64,000 nt of DNA, taken from positions 168,206,001 to 168,270,000 of the forward strand of contig NC_042998.1 in assembly GCF_006345805.1 (NCBI RefSeq), given 5' to 3'. The notes below the pieces were generated by a model, which saw nothing but the letters and a program-made list of their open reading frames with translations, was not told the DNA's origin and ran no database searches. Positions 1-13,499 of the stretch are shown here, in pieces; the stretch's first letter is position 1, and the number at the start of each line of letters is the position of its first letter. This DNA is from Octopus sinensis. Lineage: Eukaryota. A program made the translations under genes and the position numbers.

Positions 1-1093
1 TAATGCTCTTCTCAGTACATGAGTCGTTCCAGTTAACACGATTTTTTGCACTTCCTGAAGAGATGGTAAGCCTGGTATCATTTTCAAATAGGTTTCAGTA
101 CCTTTTTTTTATTATTTTTCATAGAGATAATACAATCACTGGTACTGTAGTCACTCTGAGATGCCACATTTCTATTAGCAAGTCTTTATATTTACTAATC
201 TTGTCAAATTCTTTCGCCGCTATTTTGTGATGGCAATGAATACTCATGTCAATTAATAAATACACATTTTTTATCTGATCTTTTATAATAATATCCGGTT
301 TATTAGCTTCTATAGTTTTGTCGGTATGTACGAGAAAGTCCCAGAGAATCGACACATTTTCTCCCTCAGTCACAGCTTCAGGATGGTGGTTATACCATTT
401 GTCAGCGGTTTTGATTTTATGATGCCGTCATATTGTCCAATGTAAATACTGGCCAACTCTGTCATGTCTTGCTTTATATTCTGCAGGTGCTAAGACACTA
501 CACCCTGAGATTAGGTGGTCTATAGTTTCAATCTCATCATTACAGAATCGGCATTTTGGGTCAGCTCCATTTTTTATCACATTGGCTTGGTAGTTCCGGG
601 TTAATAAGCTTTGGTCTTGAGCAGCTAATAGGAAACCTTCACTCTCTGCTTTTAGCCCTGAGCTTCGTAACCATTGGTGCGTGTGTTTCTGGTCGACATC
701 AGTTTGTTTGCTATGGGCCACATACTTGCCATGCAGAGGTTTCTGTTTCCATCTGCTAGCTAATTTTTCATGTGCTTTTGTCTTTGTAATTAATTTTATT
801 TTCTTTGCAGCAGCAGTTGGCGCATTTCCTTCAACCTGATCAATCTGGTAGGTATCTAAGAGATCAGTAGCGATTTTTTTGCTCTCTTTCAGAATAGAGT
901 GAAGTTTTTTCGGTCTTTCATGTTCTTCAACAAGTTTTAGCATCCTGCTTTTGTCTTTGCAATTAATTTTCTTTTCTTTGCAGTAGCAGTTGGCGCATTT
1001 CCTTCAACCTGATCAATCTGGTAGGTATCTAAGAAATCATTAGTGATTTTTTTGCTCTCTTTCAGAAAAGAGTGATTTTGCTCTCTTTCAGAA

Positions 1094-1095
<2 letters not shown>
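1..1095 (-). mobile_element. R4/Dong-like non-LTR retrotransposon 3' fragment (CCHC knuckle + restriction-like endonuclease), 5'-truncated, frameshifted
   Basis: ORFs 428-943 and 119-373 give CRFC..ETIDHLISGC..RHDRV, then ILWDF..TDKTIEANKPDIII..LIDMSI. The 5' end abuts (TAA)n at 1094-1143. Confidence 0.85.
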
Positions 1096-1143
<48 letters not shown>

Positions 1144-1354
1144 GAGGGTTAGCATGCCTGGCAAAACGCTAAGATCGACTTTTATCCTTTTCGGGGTCGA
1201 TAAAATAAGCATCAGGTTAGTACAAGAGTCGATGTAATCGACTAGCCTCCTGTGCTTATAATTGAAAGAAAAAAATGATTATTGACTGAATGAGAACAGT
1301 AGAATATGTGCGTGGCTATCTTTGTACAAAAATACACACACACACACGCACGCA

Positions 1355-1414
<60 letters not shown>

Positions 1415-1659
1415 TGCGTTCACTTGGGCAAATACTAAAATACACATACAAACATAATAGCTTGACTCTAATTTCCATAACAATATTAAGCAAAAAAGAA
1501 AAGGAAGAAAAACAATCATGATGAAAGTAATACACAAAAAACTTAGGCCGACTAGTTATGAAAATGAGTTATAGAGAGGCTCATGAAACAAGCTTAAACA
1601 ATTGTATACAATAAATAACTTGCAATAACCGGTGGGAGATTTTTTTCCTTTTATTTGTT

Positions 1660-2005
1660 TTATTATTGGACTCTTACCATGCTGGGTCGCCGCCTTGAAG
1701 TTTTTAGACGAACAAATCAATCACAAATAATTTATTTTCTTATGTCTGATAATTATTCTATCGGTCTCTTTACTAAAGGGATGTAATCAAACATCACTGA
1801 TTGACACACACGCACACACACTAACATACACATGTATTTATATGACAAGTTTCAACACAGTTTTCGTCTACCAAATTTTCTCACAAGTTTTTGTCTGCTC
1901 TGGATAAAGTAGAAGATTCGTGCCTAAGGTGCTGTGAAATAGAACTGAACCCGAAACACGTGTTTACAAAGCAAGCTTCTTAACCACATAGCCACGCATG
2001 TACCT
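1660..2005 (-). mobile_element. tRNA-derived SINE family 2 (internal CA/TG microsatellite), degenerate
   Basis: Reverse-complement similarity to the copies at 39770 and 55388. Confidence 0.6.
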
Positions 2006-2259
2006 AAAAAAAATTATGTACTTCACGAATATAGGTTTTAACTTTATATCTATTACCAAAACATATAAGTCAAGTACCTGTTTATTTACTCATCAAATTG
2101 TACGTGTCAAATTAAAATTATGGAAACGCAACATAGGCCTAATATCCATGTTTTTCTCAATACACTTATAACAGGAAACCTTAAAATCTTCTCAATTCAT
2201 TCAAATGCAAAATTACTTTCGATAAGAAAGCCGTAAGAATAAGAAAAAAATATGTCCCA

Positions 2260-2409
2260 AGGCGTGGCTGATTGGTAGGAAACTTGCTTCCTAACCACGT
2301 GGTTCAGTCTCTCTGCGTGGCATATTGGGTAAGTGTTTTTTACTATGTCTTCGAGCCGACCAAATCCTTGTGAGTGGATTTGGTGGACGGAAACTAAAAG
2401 AAGCCTGCC

Positions 2410-2447
<38 letters not shown>

Positions 2448-2655
2448 ACGCGCGTCTTTGTCTATGTGTTCGTCCACCACCTCTGCTTCACAACCTGTTT
2501 TGGTGTGTAACTTCGCGGTTCAGCAAAAGGAGGCTGATAGAATATGTACTACACCTAACAAAAATTAAGTACTGAGGTCGATTCATTCCACTAAAAATTC
2601 ATCAAGGCGGTGCCCCATTAGGGCCGCAGTCTAATGACTGAAACAAGAAATAAAA
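2260..2655 (+). mobile_element. tRNA-derived SINE family 2
   Basis: ggcgtggctg..tggt head, ttgggtaagtg CORE-like segment, internal (TG)n, atgactgaaacaag tail. Confidence 0.75.
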
Positions 2656-3368
2656 AATTAAGGAGTTGGCAGGAAAGAATCATAATCAACTTTCTACACA
2701 ATAAATAACATCAATACAAAGAAATTTTTAGCAACGGTACTAACTCTATATCAACACATACACAAACGTATAAAAGCATCCATAAAGTCATTTGGCCTCA
2801 TAGAAATAGTAAATAAATCTGCCTCAGATCACAACTAACATGAAACGTAGATTATGCATCTCGAGCTACATTGTCCTACATCTGCATTAAGATTAATGAT
2901 CTAAGTTAAGCTGCCTTGAAAAAAATATATATATATATGTTACAATGATTCTCGAATAAACTCCCCTTATAACTGTAAATAAATGTTTTTAAGGCCATAT
3001 TTCTTTAAATATTTCCTAATTTCGAGTTATGTTCTTTTGATATTGTAGCATTCAGTATTTGGTCATTGGGCTGCACTAAAACCACGGCACCTTCTGAAAG
3101 GGTTTACTCAATCACATAAACTCTATTACTTGGTTTAAGTTTGTTACTTACTTCGTCATTTTGCATTGAGAGGAATAAAAAGGAAGTGGAAGAATGCCAC
3201 TAAAGCTGTTGCAAAAAATTTGTCCCCATGACACGGCTAGAATCAGCAGGAAAATATTAGGTACTTGAAGAGAACGAATAGCGTTGTACCGTAGGTTGCT
3301 GGTAGCAAGCCACTTAGTCATGCGAGACTCCAGGAGTTCCAACAAAACCTAAGTTAAAATAATAATAA

Positions 3369-3399
<31 letters not shown>

Positions 3400-3403
3400 A
3401 AGA

Positions 3404-4270
3404 GGACGACATCAGGCAGATCGAAGAGAAGCTTTTGCATGGTCAATTTTGGAGAGACACTGAAGACGTATGTGGAACAAAATCCTGGGCCTGGTTTATA
3501 AAAAAGGGGCAATTAAAAAATGAAAGAGAGAGCCTAATTGAAGCAGTCCAAGATCTAGCAATTAAAACAAACAACTTGAGAAAATATATATAGGGAGAGA
3601 ATGTGTCCGAAAACTGTAGAGCCTGTGGAACTTGGAACGAGACAGTGGCACACATTATGAGAGAATGTCACAACTTGGCACAGGAAAAAAAAAAGAAATG
3701 GAGACACGACCAGGTTGTAACAGTTTTGTGCCAGAAATAGGGATTTGAAGCAGGGAACACATGGTAAATTCATCGAGTCGAAAGAGTGCTACAGTCGGAG
3801 AAATGTAAGATTTTGTGGAACTTTCTTCTTCAAACGGGCAAGAAGTTAGCAAATAATAGACCAGATATTACAATCATAGACAGGAAAAGCAAAGTTGCTT
3901 GCTTATCGACTCATCATGCCCGTTTGATTCCAGGATCGTAAAGAAAGTGGAAGAAAAACAAAGAAAATACAATCCTTTAAAATCTGACATAGGATGATTG
4001 TGGAGCATGCGAACAGTAAAGGTCGTGCCTATAATAACTGGTGCGTTGGGAGGAGTAAGACAAGATATAGACAAATAACTGGAGGAGATTGAAACAGAAT
4101 ACCCGGTAGAGGTCCAACTGAAAGTTTGCCTCTTAGGGACAGCAAGGATTATTAAGAGGGTTCTAAGCACTTGAAAGACTGACGAAAATGTGTGGATACC
4201 TAAAGTTACATGTAGTAACCCGGTACCACATAAATCCTACCAAGAATAAGACCAAACCTGAGCTTTGTAA
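3404..4270 (+). mobile_element. R4/Dong-like non-LTR retrotransposon 3' fragment
   Basis: Translates with stops/frameshifts to ESLIEAVQDLAIKT..CRACG..ETVAHIMREC..RHDQV..NNRPDITIID. Flanked by (AAT)n(AAG)n and a short (AAT)n tail. Confidence 0.8.
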
Positions 4271-4411
4271 TATAATAATAATAGTTTCATTTTGAAAAGG
4301 AACAATCTGGTATTTTGTCCTTGATTAAACACAAGCTTTCATGCATGAAAACACACACATACATTTACGTATGCATGTGTAGCAATATATTTATGCACAT
4401 ACAATATATAC

Positions 4412-4455
<44 letters not shown>

Positions 4456-4786
4456 GGTGGTAGCTTTTAGATACCTTTAATTATAATTTTAATAATAATT
4501 ATTACCTATCAGGTTTTTATTCCCATGCTGACCGCTTGATATGATCGGTATTTTAAATAACGATCTTATCCTTATATATGTGTGTGTGTGTGTGTGTGTG
4601 CGTGTGTATGTATGTATATACATATATATTGTATGCGCATATACACAATATATTATACACATGCTGTATATGTTTATATATATATATATGTATATGTGCA
4701 CACGCACACATATATGACGAACAGTTTATACAAAAACAGTCAAACCGTTAGGGAAAGATCAGTATGTTTGTGTGTGTGTGTAATAT

Positions 4787-4861
<75 letters not shown>

Positions 4862-5261
4862 TATCATATATCACACACTCAGTTTTACACACATACATAC
4901 ATGCACACACTTGCACTCACACACACGCTATGTTGTACATTCACCTCACAAGCAATGCACGTCAGGCGGTGTGTTCATCACGTCTCTCTCAAAATGGCTA
5001 TGGTTAGCAACATGAATAGACATTTATTTCATTTGATAGAGACATGATGTCTGGTAAAATGTTTGCAGTCATTTTAAATTCTGTAAAATGTCAAAAGGTT
5101 TGTTGTGCTTTAGAAACGATAACCATGAGAAAAAATTCATTACTCTTAACTATATGAAAATCTACAATTTTATTTATTTGCAATTAATTCCTTTTTCATC
5201 CTTTTAATAATCCTTGTTGAGTGATTATTAGAGAAACATATTTTTTTGCGACGTGTACTTT

Positions 5262-5736
5262 TAGATCTGGGTTCCATCGAACAACTAACGACAGATTTTT
5301 TTCTGTAGGTTTTTTCTTTCTTTTTTTTTCCTCTTCTTCATGATAATAGGAGAAAGAGACCCCCTTCGGTCATGAAATATGTATCTTTTAGCAATTTAGT
5401 GTTCCAATTGATCTGAAAATTTATTTCTACGTGTTCTGTTAATGTTATGCCTGTCTATGAACATACATAATCTTTTTTCTACTTTTGTTTCTAACCACCT
5501 TGACGCTTCAACTAAAGGCGGCAGTGTGTAATTTACTATGCATCTATACGTTTTAAAAAGCTTAACTTGTTCTAGGTGTGTAACAAAGACGCTGACATGG
5601 GTGTATGGTAAGAAGTTACCATAGATCTGGGTTCCATCGAACAACTAACGACAGATTTTTTTCTGTAGGTTTTTTCTTTCTTTTTTTTTCCTCTTCTTCA
5701 TGATAATAGGAGAAAGAGACCCCCTTCGGTCATGAA
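5262..5736. repeat. 115-bp identical direct repeats (5262-5376, 5622-5736) around a 245-bp insert
   Basis: Direct sequence comparison. Confidence 0.9.
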
Positions 5737-5989
5737 TGACCGTGGGATTGCCGCCCATGCGTACCAGCCTCTCCTCTCCACACCACTGATGTTTTCCAAG
5801 GAAAAGGCAAAGGCCGATACAGCTTGGCACCAGTGATATCGCAACTCATTTCTACAGCAGAGTAAACTGGAGCAATGTGAAATAAAGGGACTTGCTCAAG
5901 AACACAACACACAGCCCGGTCAGGGAATCGAACTCACAACCTCACTTTTTTAAGTTCTACACTCTAAAAACTGAGCCATGCGCCTTCAC
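5718..5989 (-). mobile_element. tRNA-derived CORE-type SINE family 3, internally deleted
   Basis: Reverse complement begins gtgaaggcgcatggctcag and matches 17360-17695. Confidence 0.75.
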
Positions 5990-6011
5990 TTCATGATATA
6001 TATATATATAT

Positions 6012-6154
6012 AGTTCAAATTCCGCCGAGGTCGACTTTGCCTTTCATCCTTTCGGGGTCGATAAATAAAGTACCAGTTTCGCACTGGGGTCGATGTAATC
6101 GACTTAATCCCTTTGTTTGTCTCCTCTATGTTTAGCCCCTTGTGGGCAATAAAG

Positions 6155-6158
<4 letters not shown>
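6012..6158 (+). mobile_element. SINE family 1, 5'-truncated
   Basis: gttcaaattccgccgaggtcgactttgcctttcatcctttcggggtcgataaa core and the family tail. Confidence 0.8.
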
Positions 6159-6187
<29 letters not shown>

Positions 6188-7167
6188 AGCATCATATATT
6201 ACACACTCACTTATACACACACACACATACATGCTTACACTACACTCACACAGACGCTATGTTGTGCATTTACTTCTCAAGTAATGCACGTCAGGTAGTT
6301 TGTTCACGTCTCTCTCATCTATACTCGTTGTCTCAGGATTGATCCAAGAAAGCCATCGTGAAACAAATCTTTTGCATGTGATACTGGCAAAGTCATTTAG
6401 CAAAATGTAGCTTTAAGTTAACTTCTGCCTAATCTCACCCACAGGATATAATATAAATTTGTGGTTTCCGTCTTATCTGTATTTTAACTAATGAATTCTC
6501 GAAAACGCTAACCTCCATCTCGAAATTATTTATACTCACTTCATGCTTTGTGAAAGCTATTTTATTTGTCTATCCTAAAGCACCTATTTAAATATGAAGT
6601 CCGTCATTCCAAGAACTACTGGTTCGTAGAAATTTAATCTTTCACAGAAATTTTAGAAATACGCAAGTCGTTCAATTTGCACTAACCACCACAATAAGTT
6701 TGCAAAAATTCTCATCATCTGTGGGTAACCAAATTTCCCATGAATTCACGAATGATAGAAATGCGAAAACAATATATCTCATAAATACAGACAATGCAAC
6801 CACCTCTCTATAAATAAATAAATAGATAAATGAATAAATGAATATATATGTATATTCTTGCATATATATATATATATATATATTGCACACCCACACACTT
6901 ATACACAAATACATATATACATATATATATATATTCTTACACATACATTCTCATATACACATATATATATCAGAATGCGCACGCTTACGTTGAGTTCAAA
7001 ATGTTCACCTGTATATATGTGAATGTGTCCGTGGGAATGTGCATGGTTCTGAATTTACATACGAACAAGTGATCGAAAACGAATAAGCGTAAAGAGATGT
7101 AAAAATGCATGCATGCCTCCGCCACCTTGTGTCATTTAGGGTGTCACATCCTACATAGTGTATTTTT

Positions 7168-7233
7168 TGATGAATTAGTTAATTGAGGAATTAGTTAATT
7201 TGATGAATTAGTTAATTTTGATGAATTAGTTAA
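7168..7233. repeat. minisatellite, 4 x ~17 bp (tgatgaattagttaatt)
   Basis: Visible tandem units. Confidence 0.8.
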
Positions 7234-8263
7234 CACATACACGCACACGCATATATATATAATGTGTGTGTGTGTGTTTCAGCGTGTGACTGAGTTCGTG
7301 TACGTGTTGAAGCCGTGTAGGGTTGCATATATTTATAAGAGATAGGAGAGAAATGACTTTTAGATAGATTGCAGGCACACGCTATGGTATACAACATAGA
7401 AATTAATTTTTTCCTTGGCGTGTGCCGCTGAGATGAATTTCAGAATATTTCTTAGTCTCTCTCATCTTACACGCCCAACAAAAATCTCCTTTGTCTCTAC
7501 AAGTTTGCATTGCTGATTTGTCATGTTGACAAAGAACTTCACATGATCACCTGCCACAAACAAAATATTCAAATAAGTAAGGAGGGAGTATATCATTTGA
7601 ATAGTGTATCTACCTGTCTAATCCCTCTACCTTACCTACCTGTCCACCTAACCGACCTACCTATTTCTCTAACTCCCACACAACCTAACTGCCTTGATTT
7701 TTAAATTGGAAATCTTAAATAAGAAACGTGGCTTGGCTGGGAACAGACACTGGGAAATTCATTTTTCGTTTTTGTGTATCTAAAAAATATTGTTATAACA
7801 GAAGAAAAGGTATGTGTGAGGGGGAAAAGGAGGTTAAAATATTGTGATTTTAATAATGATGATAATTATAAAATTCAGCAATGACAATAGAAGGAAAAGA
7901 AAGACAAAATGGGAATGGGAGAATAATTTTAAGAAATAATAATCTAAAAAATATTTTAAGAAAAGACTCCTTCGTGTCGTCGAATTATTAACGCTGTCAA
8001 TGGAAACGAGAGAATTTAAGTAGGGCTGTCTGCGCTGTAATTGTGGATGTAGTAGCTTTTAGTGCAAATAATAGTTTGACTGGCACCTTTGATTGAACGC
8101 TAGAAGAACACAGAGTATGGGAACCGAAACTCAGCACATGCTAGAACCGGCCATTCCCCTTTATAGATGAGTAGAGTGTGGGGAACATAGCTGGGTTAAT
8201 TATCACACGTACGCTGAATCAGGCCCGGGTCACTTTTCACAGACACGTGCACGAGTTCAGGAG

Positions 8264-8305
<42 letters not shown>

Positions 8306-8424
8306 GCTTATGTTATTTTGTTCTGAGATATTATATTACAGTATACTTGCGTGCACGCTTGCTGTGTGTACGCGTGCATATTTAGTGTCTGTGGGTGTGT
8401 TTCAATTCACTCACACGCACCTAT

Positions 8425-8505
<81 letters not shown>

Positions 8506-8515
8506 GTATATATGT

Positions 8516-9250
8516 ATATTAAATTAATAATAATATACATATGTATATAAATATATTCACGTGATCACGTGACCGACCAGTCCATCAGATGTAGTTACAC
8601 ATCGCTGGTCACAATGTGTTCGCATTGTTTTAGCCTTCGAATGACGCCGCCCCGCTGGCTAAGCGAGCAGGCCAACAGAAGAAAGAGTGGTGAAAGAGTA
8701 CAGCAGGGATCACCACCCCCTGCCAGAGCCTCGTTGAGCTTTTAGGTGTTTTCGCTCAATAAACACTCACAACGCCCAGTCTGGGAATCGAAACCGCGAT
8801 CCTACGACCGCGAGTCCGCTGCCCTAACTACTGAGCCATTGCGCCTCCACATATAAATATATTAAGGGAGCAAAAGCGAAAACGACCTATCTCCAGCATT
8901 CTTGAAGTGCCGATACCTTAAAAAGAAACTAACAAAAACTCCAGATAAATATACACATGGCTGAAAGTGGGCTAGTGAATGAATATTAAAAAGACTTCAC
9001 GTTCATTGTGAATTGTTTTGACGAAGGAATAAAGCCTATTTTTGCCTTTAATCCAGAAATAGAAACCAATTCACAATTAACGTGAGGTATTTTTAATATT
9101 CTTTCATTCAGCCATGTTTATATTTATCTGGAGTTTTTGGTAGTGTTTTGAAGGTATCTACACTTGATGCATGCTGGAGATAGGTCATTTTCGCCTTCAC
9201 TTGCTTAATATAATTATATACATATGTATATTATTATTAATTTAATGTAT
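8516..9250. mobile_element. imperfect foldback element (second copy ~9478-10211), left arm interrupted by a SINE
   Basis: 8864-9018 is the reverse complement of ~9062-9210, and 8516-8550 pairs with ~9214-9250. Confidence 0.75.
8558..8850 (-). mobile_element. tRNA-derived SINE family 4 with 13-bp TSD (duplicate copy 9520-9812)
   Basis: Minus-strand head gtggaggcgcaatggctcagtagttagg..ggtttcgattccc (A/B boxes). TSD atataaatatatt at 8545-8557 and 8851-8863. Confidence 0.85.
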
Positions 9251-9384
9251 AAATTGCCTATAAATTTTTATAGCATTCTGACTACCTGATAAAAACCATT
9301 AACGTGATTTTTATCCTCATATTCAATTATGAATTAATATCTCTCTCTCTCTCTTTCTCTTTCTCTCTCTCTCTATATATATAT

Positions 9385-9467
<83 letters not shown>

Positions 9468-10345
9468 GTATATATGTATATTAAATTAATAATAATATAC
9501 ATATGTATATAAATATATTCACGTGATCACGTGACCGACCAGTCCATCAGATGTAGTTACACATCGCTGGTCACAATGTGTTCGCATTGTTTTAGCCTTC
9601 GAATGACGCCGCCCCGCTGGCTAAGCGAGCAGGCCAACAGAAGAAAGAGTGGTGAAAGAGTACAGCAGGGATCACCACCCCCTGCCAGAGCCTCGTTGAG
9701 CTTTTAGGTGTTTTCGCTCAATAAACACTCACAACGCCCAGTCTGGGAATCGAAACCGCGATCCTACGACCGCGAGTCCGCTGCCCTAACTACTGAGCCA
9801 TTGCGCCTCCACATATAAATATATTAAGGGAGCAAAAGCGAAAACGACCTATCTCCAGCATTCTTGAAGTGCCGATACCTTAAAAAGAAACTAACAAAAA
9901 CTCCAGATAAATATACACATGGCTGAAAGTGGGCTAGTGAATGAATATTAAAAAGACTTCACGTTCATTGTGAATTGTTTTGACGAAGGAATAAAGCCTA
10001 TTTTTGCCTTTAATCCAGAAATAGAAACCAATTCACAATTAACGTGAGGTATTTTTAATATTCTTTCATTCAGCCATGTTTATATTTATCTGGAGTTTTT
10101 GGTAGTGTTTTGAAGGTATCTACACTTGATGCATGCTGGAGATAGGTCATTTTCGCCTTCACTTGCTTAATATAATTATATACATATGTATATTATTATA
10201 ATTTAATGTATAAATTGCCTATAAATTTTTATAGCATTCTGACTACCTGATAAAAACCATTAACGTGATTTTTATCCTCATATTCAATTATGAATTAATA
10301 TCTCTCTCTCTCTCTTTCTCTTTCTCTCTCTCTCTATATATATAT

Positions 10346-10412
<67 letters not shown>

Positions 10413-10413
10413 T

Positions 10414-10895
10414 ATCATCATCATCATCGTCCTTCATGGTGTGCACAAACGTTTTACTTTCGGAACCAATGTTCTTGATACGGAGTCACAATCAGCTTCC
10501 TTAGATGTCGACGTTCTTTCTTACAATCCTTGTTCTTCCCAATAGACCAGATTTCTGAATTAATGCAACTTTCGTCGCCCCACTAATCACATGAGAAAAC
10601 TGCCAAGTCTGTTGGTGACACAATCTCGGGCAACTATAACTGGCATTACTTTTGTAGAATCTCTCCATGGTCTTCGCATTTCCCGAGCATAATCCTATTA
10701 TTGTCCTATTTTCTCTTGTTCTTTGACCACTACATTCATGTTCGCAGATATAGCTGCATCTATGATGATGCATTTTTCCCCCTTGCCCAGAACAATAAAA
10801 TCTGGTTCTTGAATGAAGTTCGTGATTAGTCTGTACATTAAATACCGTAAGACCTTATACTGGTCATTCTGTATTACACTCTCCGGTTGATGTTT
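10414..10895 (-). mobile_element. R4/Dong-like endonuclease 3' fragment
   Basis: PESVIQNDQYKVL..PDFIVL..CIIIDAAI..KEQEKI..IQKSGLLG, with a (GAT)n tail. Confidence 0.7.
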
Positions 10896-10896
10896 G

Positions 10897-11370
10897 CGAC
10901 GAGCTGGTAGAATCGTTAGCATGCTGTAGCAAATTCCTCAGCGGCATTCCGTCTGTCTTTACGTTCTGAGTTCAAATTCCTCCGAAGTTGACTTTTCCTT
11001 TCATCCTTTCGGAGTTGATGTAATTTATTCACCACGATCTTGCTGGCCTTGTGCCAAAATCTGAAATTATTATTATTATTGTTGCTGTTGAAGGCTACGA
11101 GCTGGCAGAATCGGTAGCACACTGGGCGAAATGTTTAGTGCTATTTCGTCTGTCGTTACGTTCTAAGTTCAAATTCCACCGAGGTCAACTTTACTTTTTT
11201 TATCCTTTCAGCCTGATTAAATAAGTACCAGTTACGCACTGGGGTCGAACTAATCGACTTAATCCCTTCTCGGTGTCGATAAAATAGGTACCAGTTGCAA
11301 ACTGGAATCGATGTAATTGACTTAACCACTTCCCCAAATCCGCTGGCCTTGTGCAAAAATATGAAACCTT
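10897..11370 (+). mobile_element. two adjacent SINE family 1 copies
   Basis: gcgagctggcagaa-type heads at ~10897 and ~11092 with the family core. Confidence 0.7.
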
Positions 11371-11419
11371 TTTTTTAATTATTTTTTGTGCCCTAAAGAT
11401 ATCAATCTTCAAGGATCCC

Positions 11420-11810
11420 CTTCATGCCCATGTTTTTTTTCTACTGCAGCAATCAACAGCTATGGAAGACAAATCTTTATCTCAGCGATTTTAAAGGGTC
11501 TGCAAAGGCAAGGTGCTCAGCAACTTTCCCCTAGATCATTTTATCCATCCATTTTCTCCGCAAACTATTTCTGATAAGGTCATAGGGATAGTGTCTTTAG
11601 GAACCTCCTCTGCAGATTCTTATCGGAAGCAATCGTCTTAACACTTTCCGGCTTGATTCCCAAGCGTGACGAACGGAGACTATGGATATTATCCAACCAA
11701 CTCGTTCTCTGTATACTTCTAGGTCTCCTGCCGATTGGCTGTTTGAAGAATCCAATTTGTGATTCTTTCCTGCTATAGTCTAACATATCCGTTAAACCAC
11801 AGCTGTTATC
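11420..11810 (-). mobile_element. RTE-like LINE C-terminal remnant
   Basis: GRRPRSIQRTSWLDNI resembles the GRRPRGRPRTRWxD RTE C-terminal motif. Confidence 0.45.
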
Positions 11811-12279
11811 TCCAGATCAAACCAAAACAACAAAAAAGAAAGACTTAATCCCTCTCCAGCTGTAGTGACGACACCCGGTACAGGGATGCCTTAACAGTGT
11901 CTACTCTATCGCAAACAATTGGATCGTTTATTCTAGCCTGAAAATAATTAGCCAATACCACTAGAAGTCACGAAAGCCCCGAGAACTGCCGTGCGTTCTT
12001 TCTTTTCTCCTCTGACCTTTGTATGAATATTTTACGTTATAGTGTGATATATTTGTGTATGTTGTATATGCCTTCGTGTACGTGTTTGTTACTGGTGTTG
12101 TTGCTTTGACTCATGTGAACCATGATCGAGTGAGCCTAAGAGGAATTGTATTCTAGTTGCAACCATTTTGTCTTTTTCCTGTGAATATAATTCAGTTATA
12201 TATGTTAGTATGTATATAGATGCATACATACACATACAGATGTATATGTATGTATGCATATAAATATTACGTTGCTTTA

Positions 12280-13130
12280 CATGAAATGTCGTATTTGAAA
12301 GGTAACAATAAAATGTTTCAGAAGTGTTAGAGAACTGTCTTATTTAATCAAAGTATGATCCATGTTCATTTATGACGTTTGCTCAACGTTTTTCTATGTC
12401 ATATATTCCACTTTAAAAATAAATTCATCTTTTGCTGTGATAAACTGTCCGAATGCTTCAATTAACTTTTCGCTATTTAAGAATGATTTATTGCTTATAA
12501 AAAGCTCAAAATGCTTAAATAAGTGATGATCAGTAGGAGAGATATATAGGGAGGATGTTGCAAAATCCCATAAGTCAGGCTTTGCAACTTTAGGACCGTA
12601 GCTTGAGGAGTGTGAGGACGTGCATTGTCGTGGAGCAAAATTGGGCCATCTCTATTCACTAGCCTGTGTTGCTTCTTTTTCAAATTCTCATGCATACAAT
12701 CAACTTTCTGGCTATACGATATTGCAGTTACCGTTTTTCCTTGTTGCAAAAATGAATAATGAATAATTCCCTTCGCAGACCACCGTAGAGTGACACTAAC
12801 TTTTTAGGATGCAATGGTGGGTTTGGGTAGTGTTTAGGTGACTCTCCCGCATCTAATCACTGTCCTGTTTTCCTGCTGCTGTCAAAGAGTATCCATTTCT
12901 CATCACAAGTAATGATTTGATGCAAAAATGGTATTTTTCCAGTCGAGAAAGCAATAAGGAGCACACTTCGAGGCGTCTGTTTTTGTTCAGTTGATGTGGA
13001 ACAAACCTATCCGTTTTCTTGACTTTTCCAATTTTTTACAGGTGTCCAAAAACAGTTGTGCGAAAAACAGTTGGAGTTCTGATGAAAGTTTGCGAACCTT
13101 AACTGATTTTTTCATTCATTTAAATATCCC
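12280..13130 (-). mobile_element. mariner transposase pseudogene fragment
   Basis: NRDGPILLHDNARPHT..LQHPPY (DD34D region). Confidence 0.8.
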
Positions 13131-13499
13131 GCCCGCCTACAAATAACATGCCTTTAAAGAAGAATCTTTCTTTTCGTGATATGGTTCTTGACTGCCCTTT
13201 CTAGCATGTAAGAAATCCACATAGTTAATCTCTCTTTGTGTATAAAATCTTATGTACTATTATATAGAAATATTCATGTCTTCTGATTTTTAATTACGCA
13301 TGCTGACCACTAGTAAAAAATTACCATTTTTTAATAATTCTTCCCCTGTAATTATATACATATACATATATGTGTGTTCGTGTTTATGCGTGTTTATGCG
13401 TGTTTGTTTGTGCTTACGCGTGCGTGTATGTGTATTTGTGTGTGTGTGTGTTATATTATAGTACATATTATATAATGGGTGTAATATGTAGAGGGAAAT

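Larger units (their letters stand above)
8423..10346. repeat. near-perfect tandem duplication, period 961-962 bp, bounded by (CA)n
   Basis: Only a 1-bp indel was seen outside the microsatellites. Confidence 0.9.

Noticed and set aside
6640-6730. HHR-like motif on the minus strand (ATGATGA..stem..GAAC)
   Set aside because: Both core boxes are mismatched.
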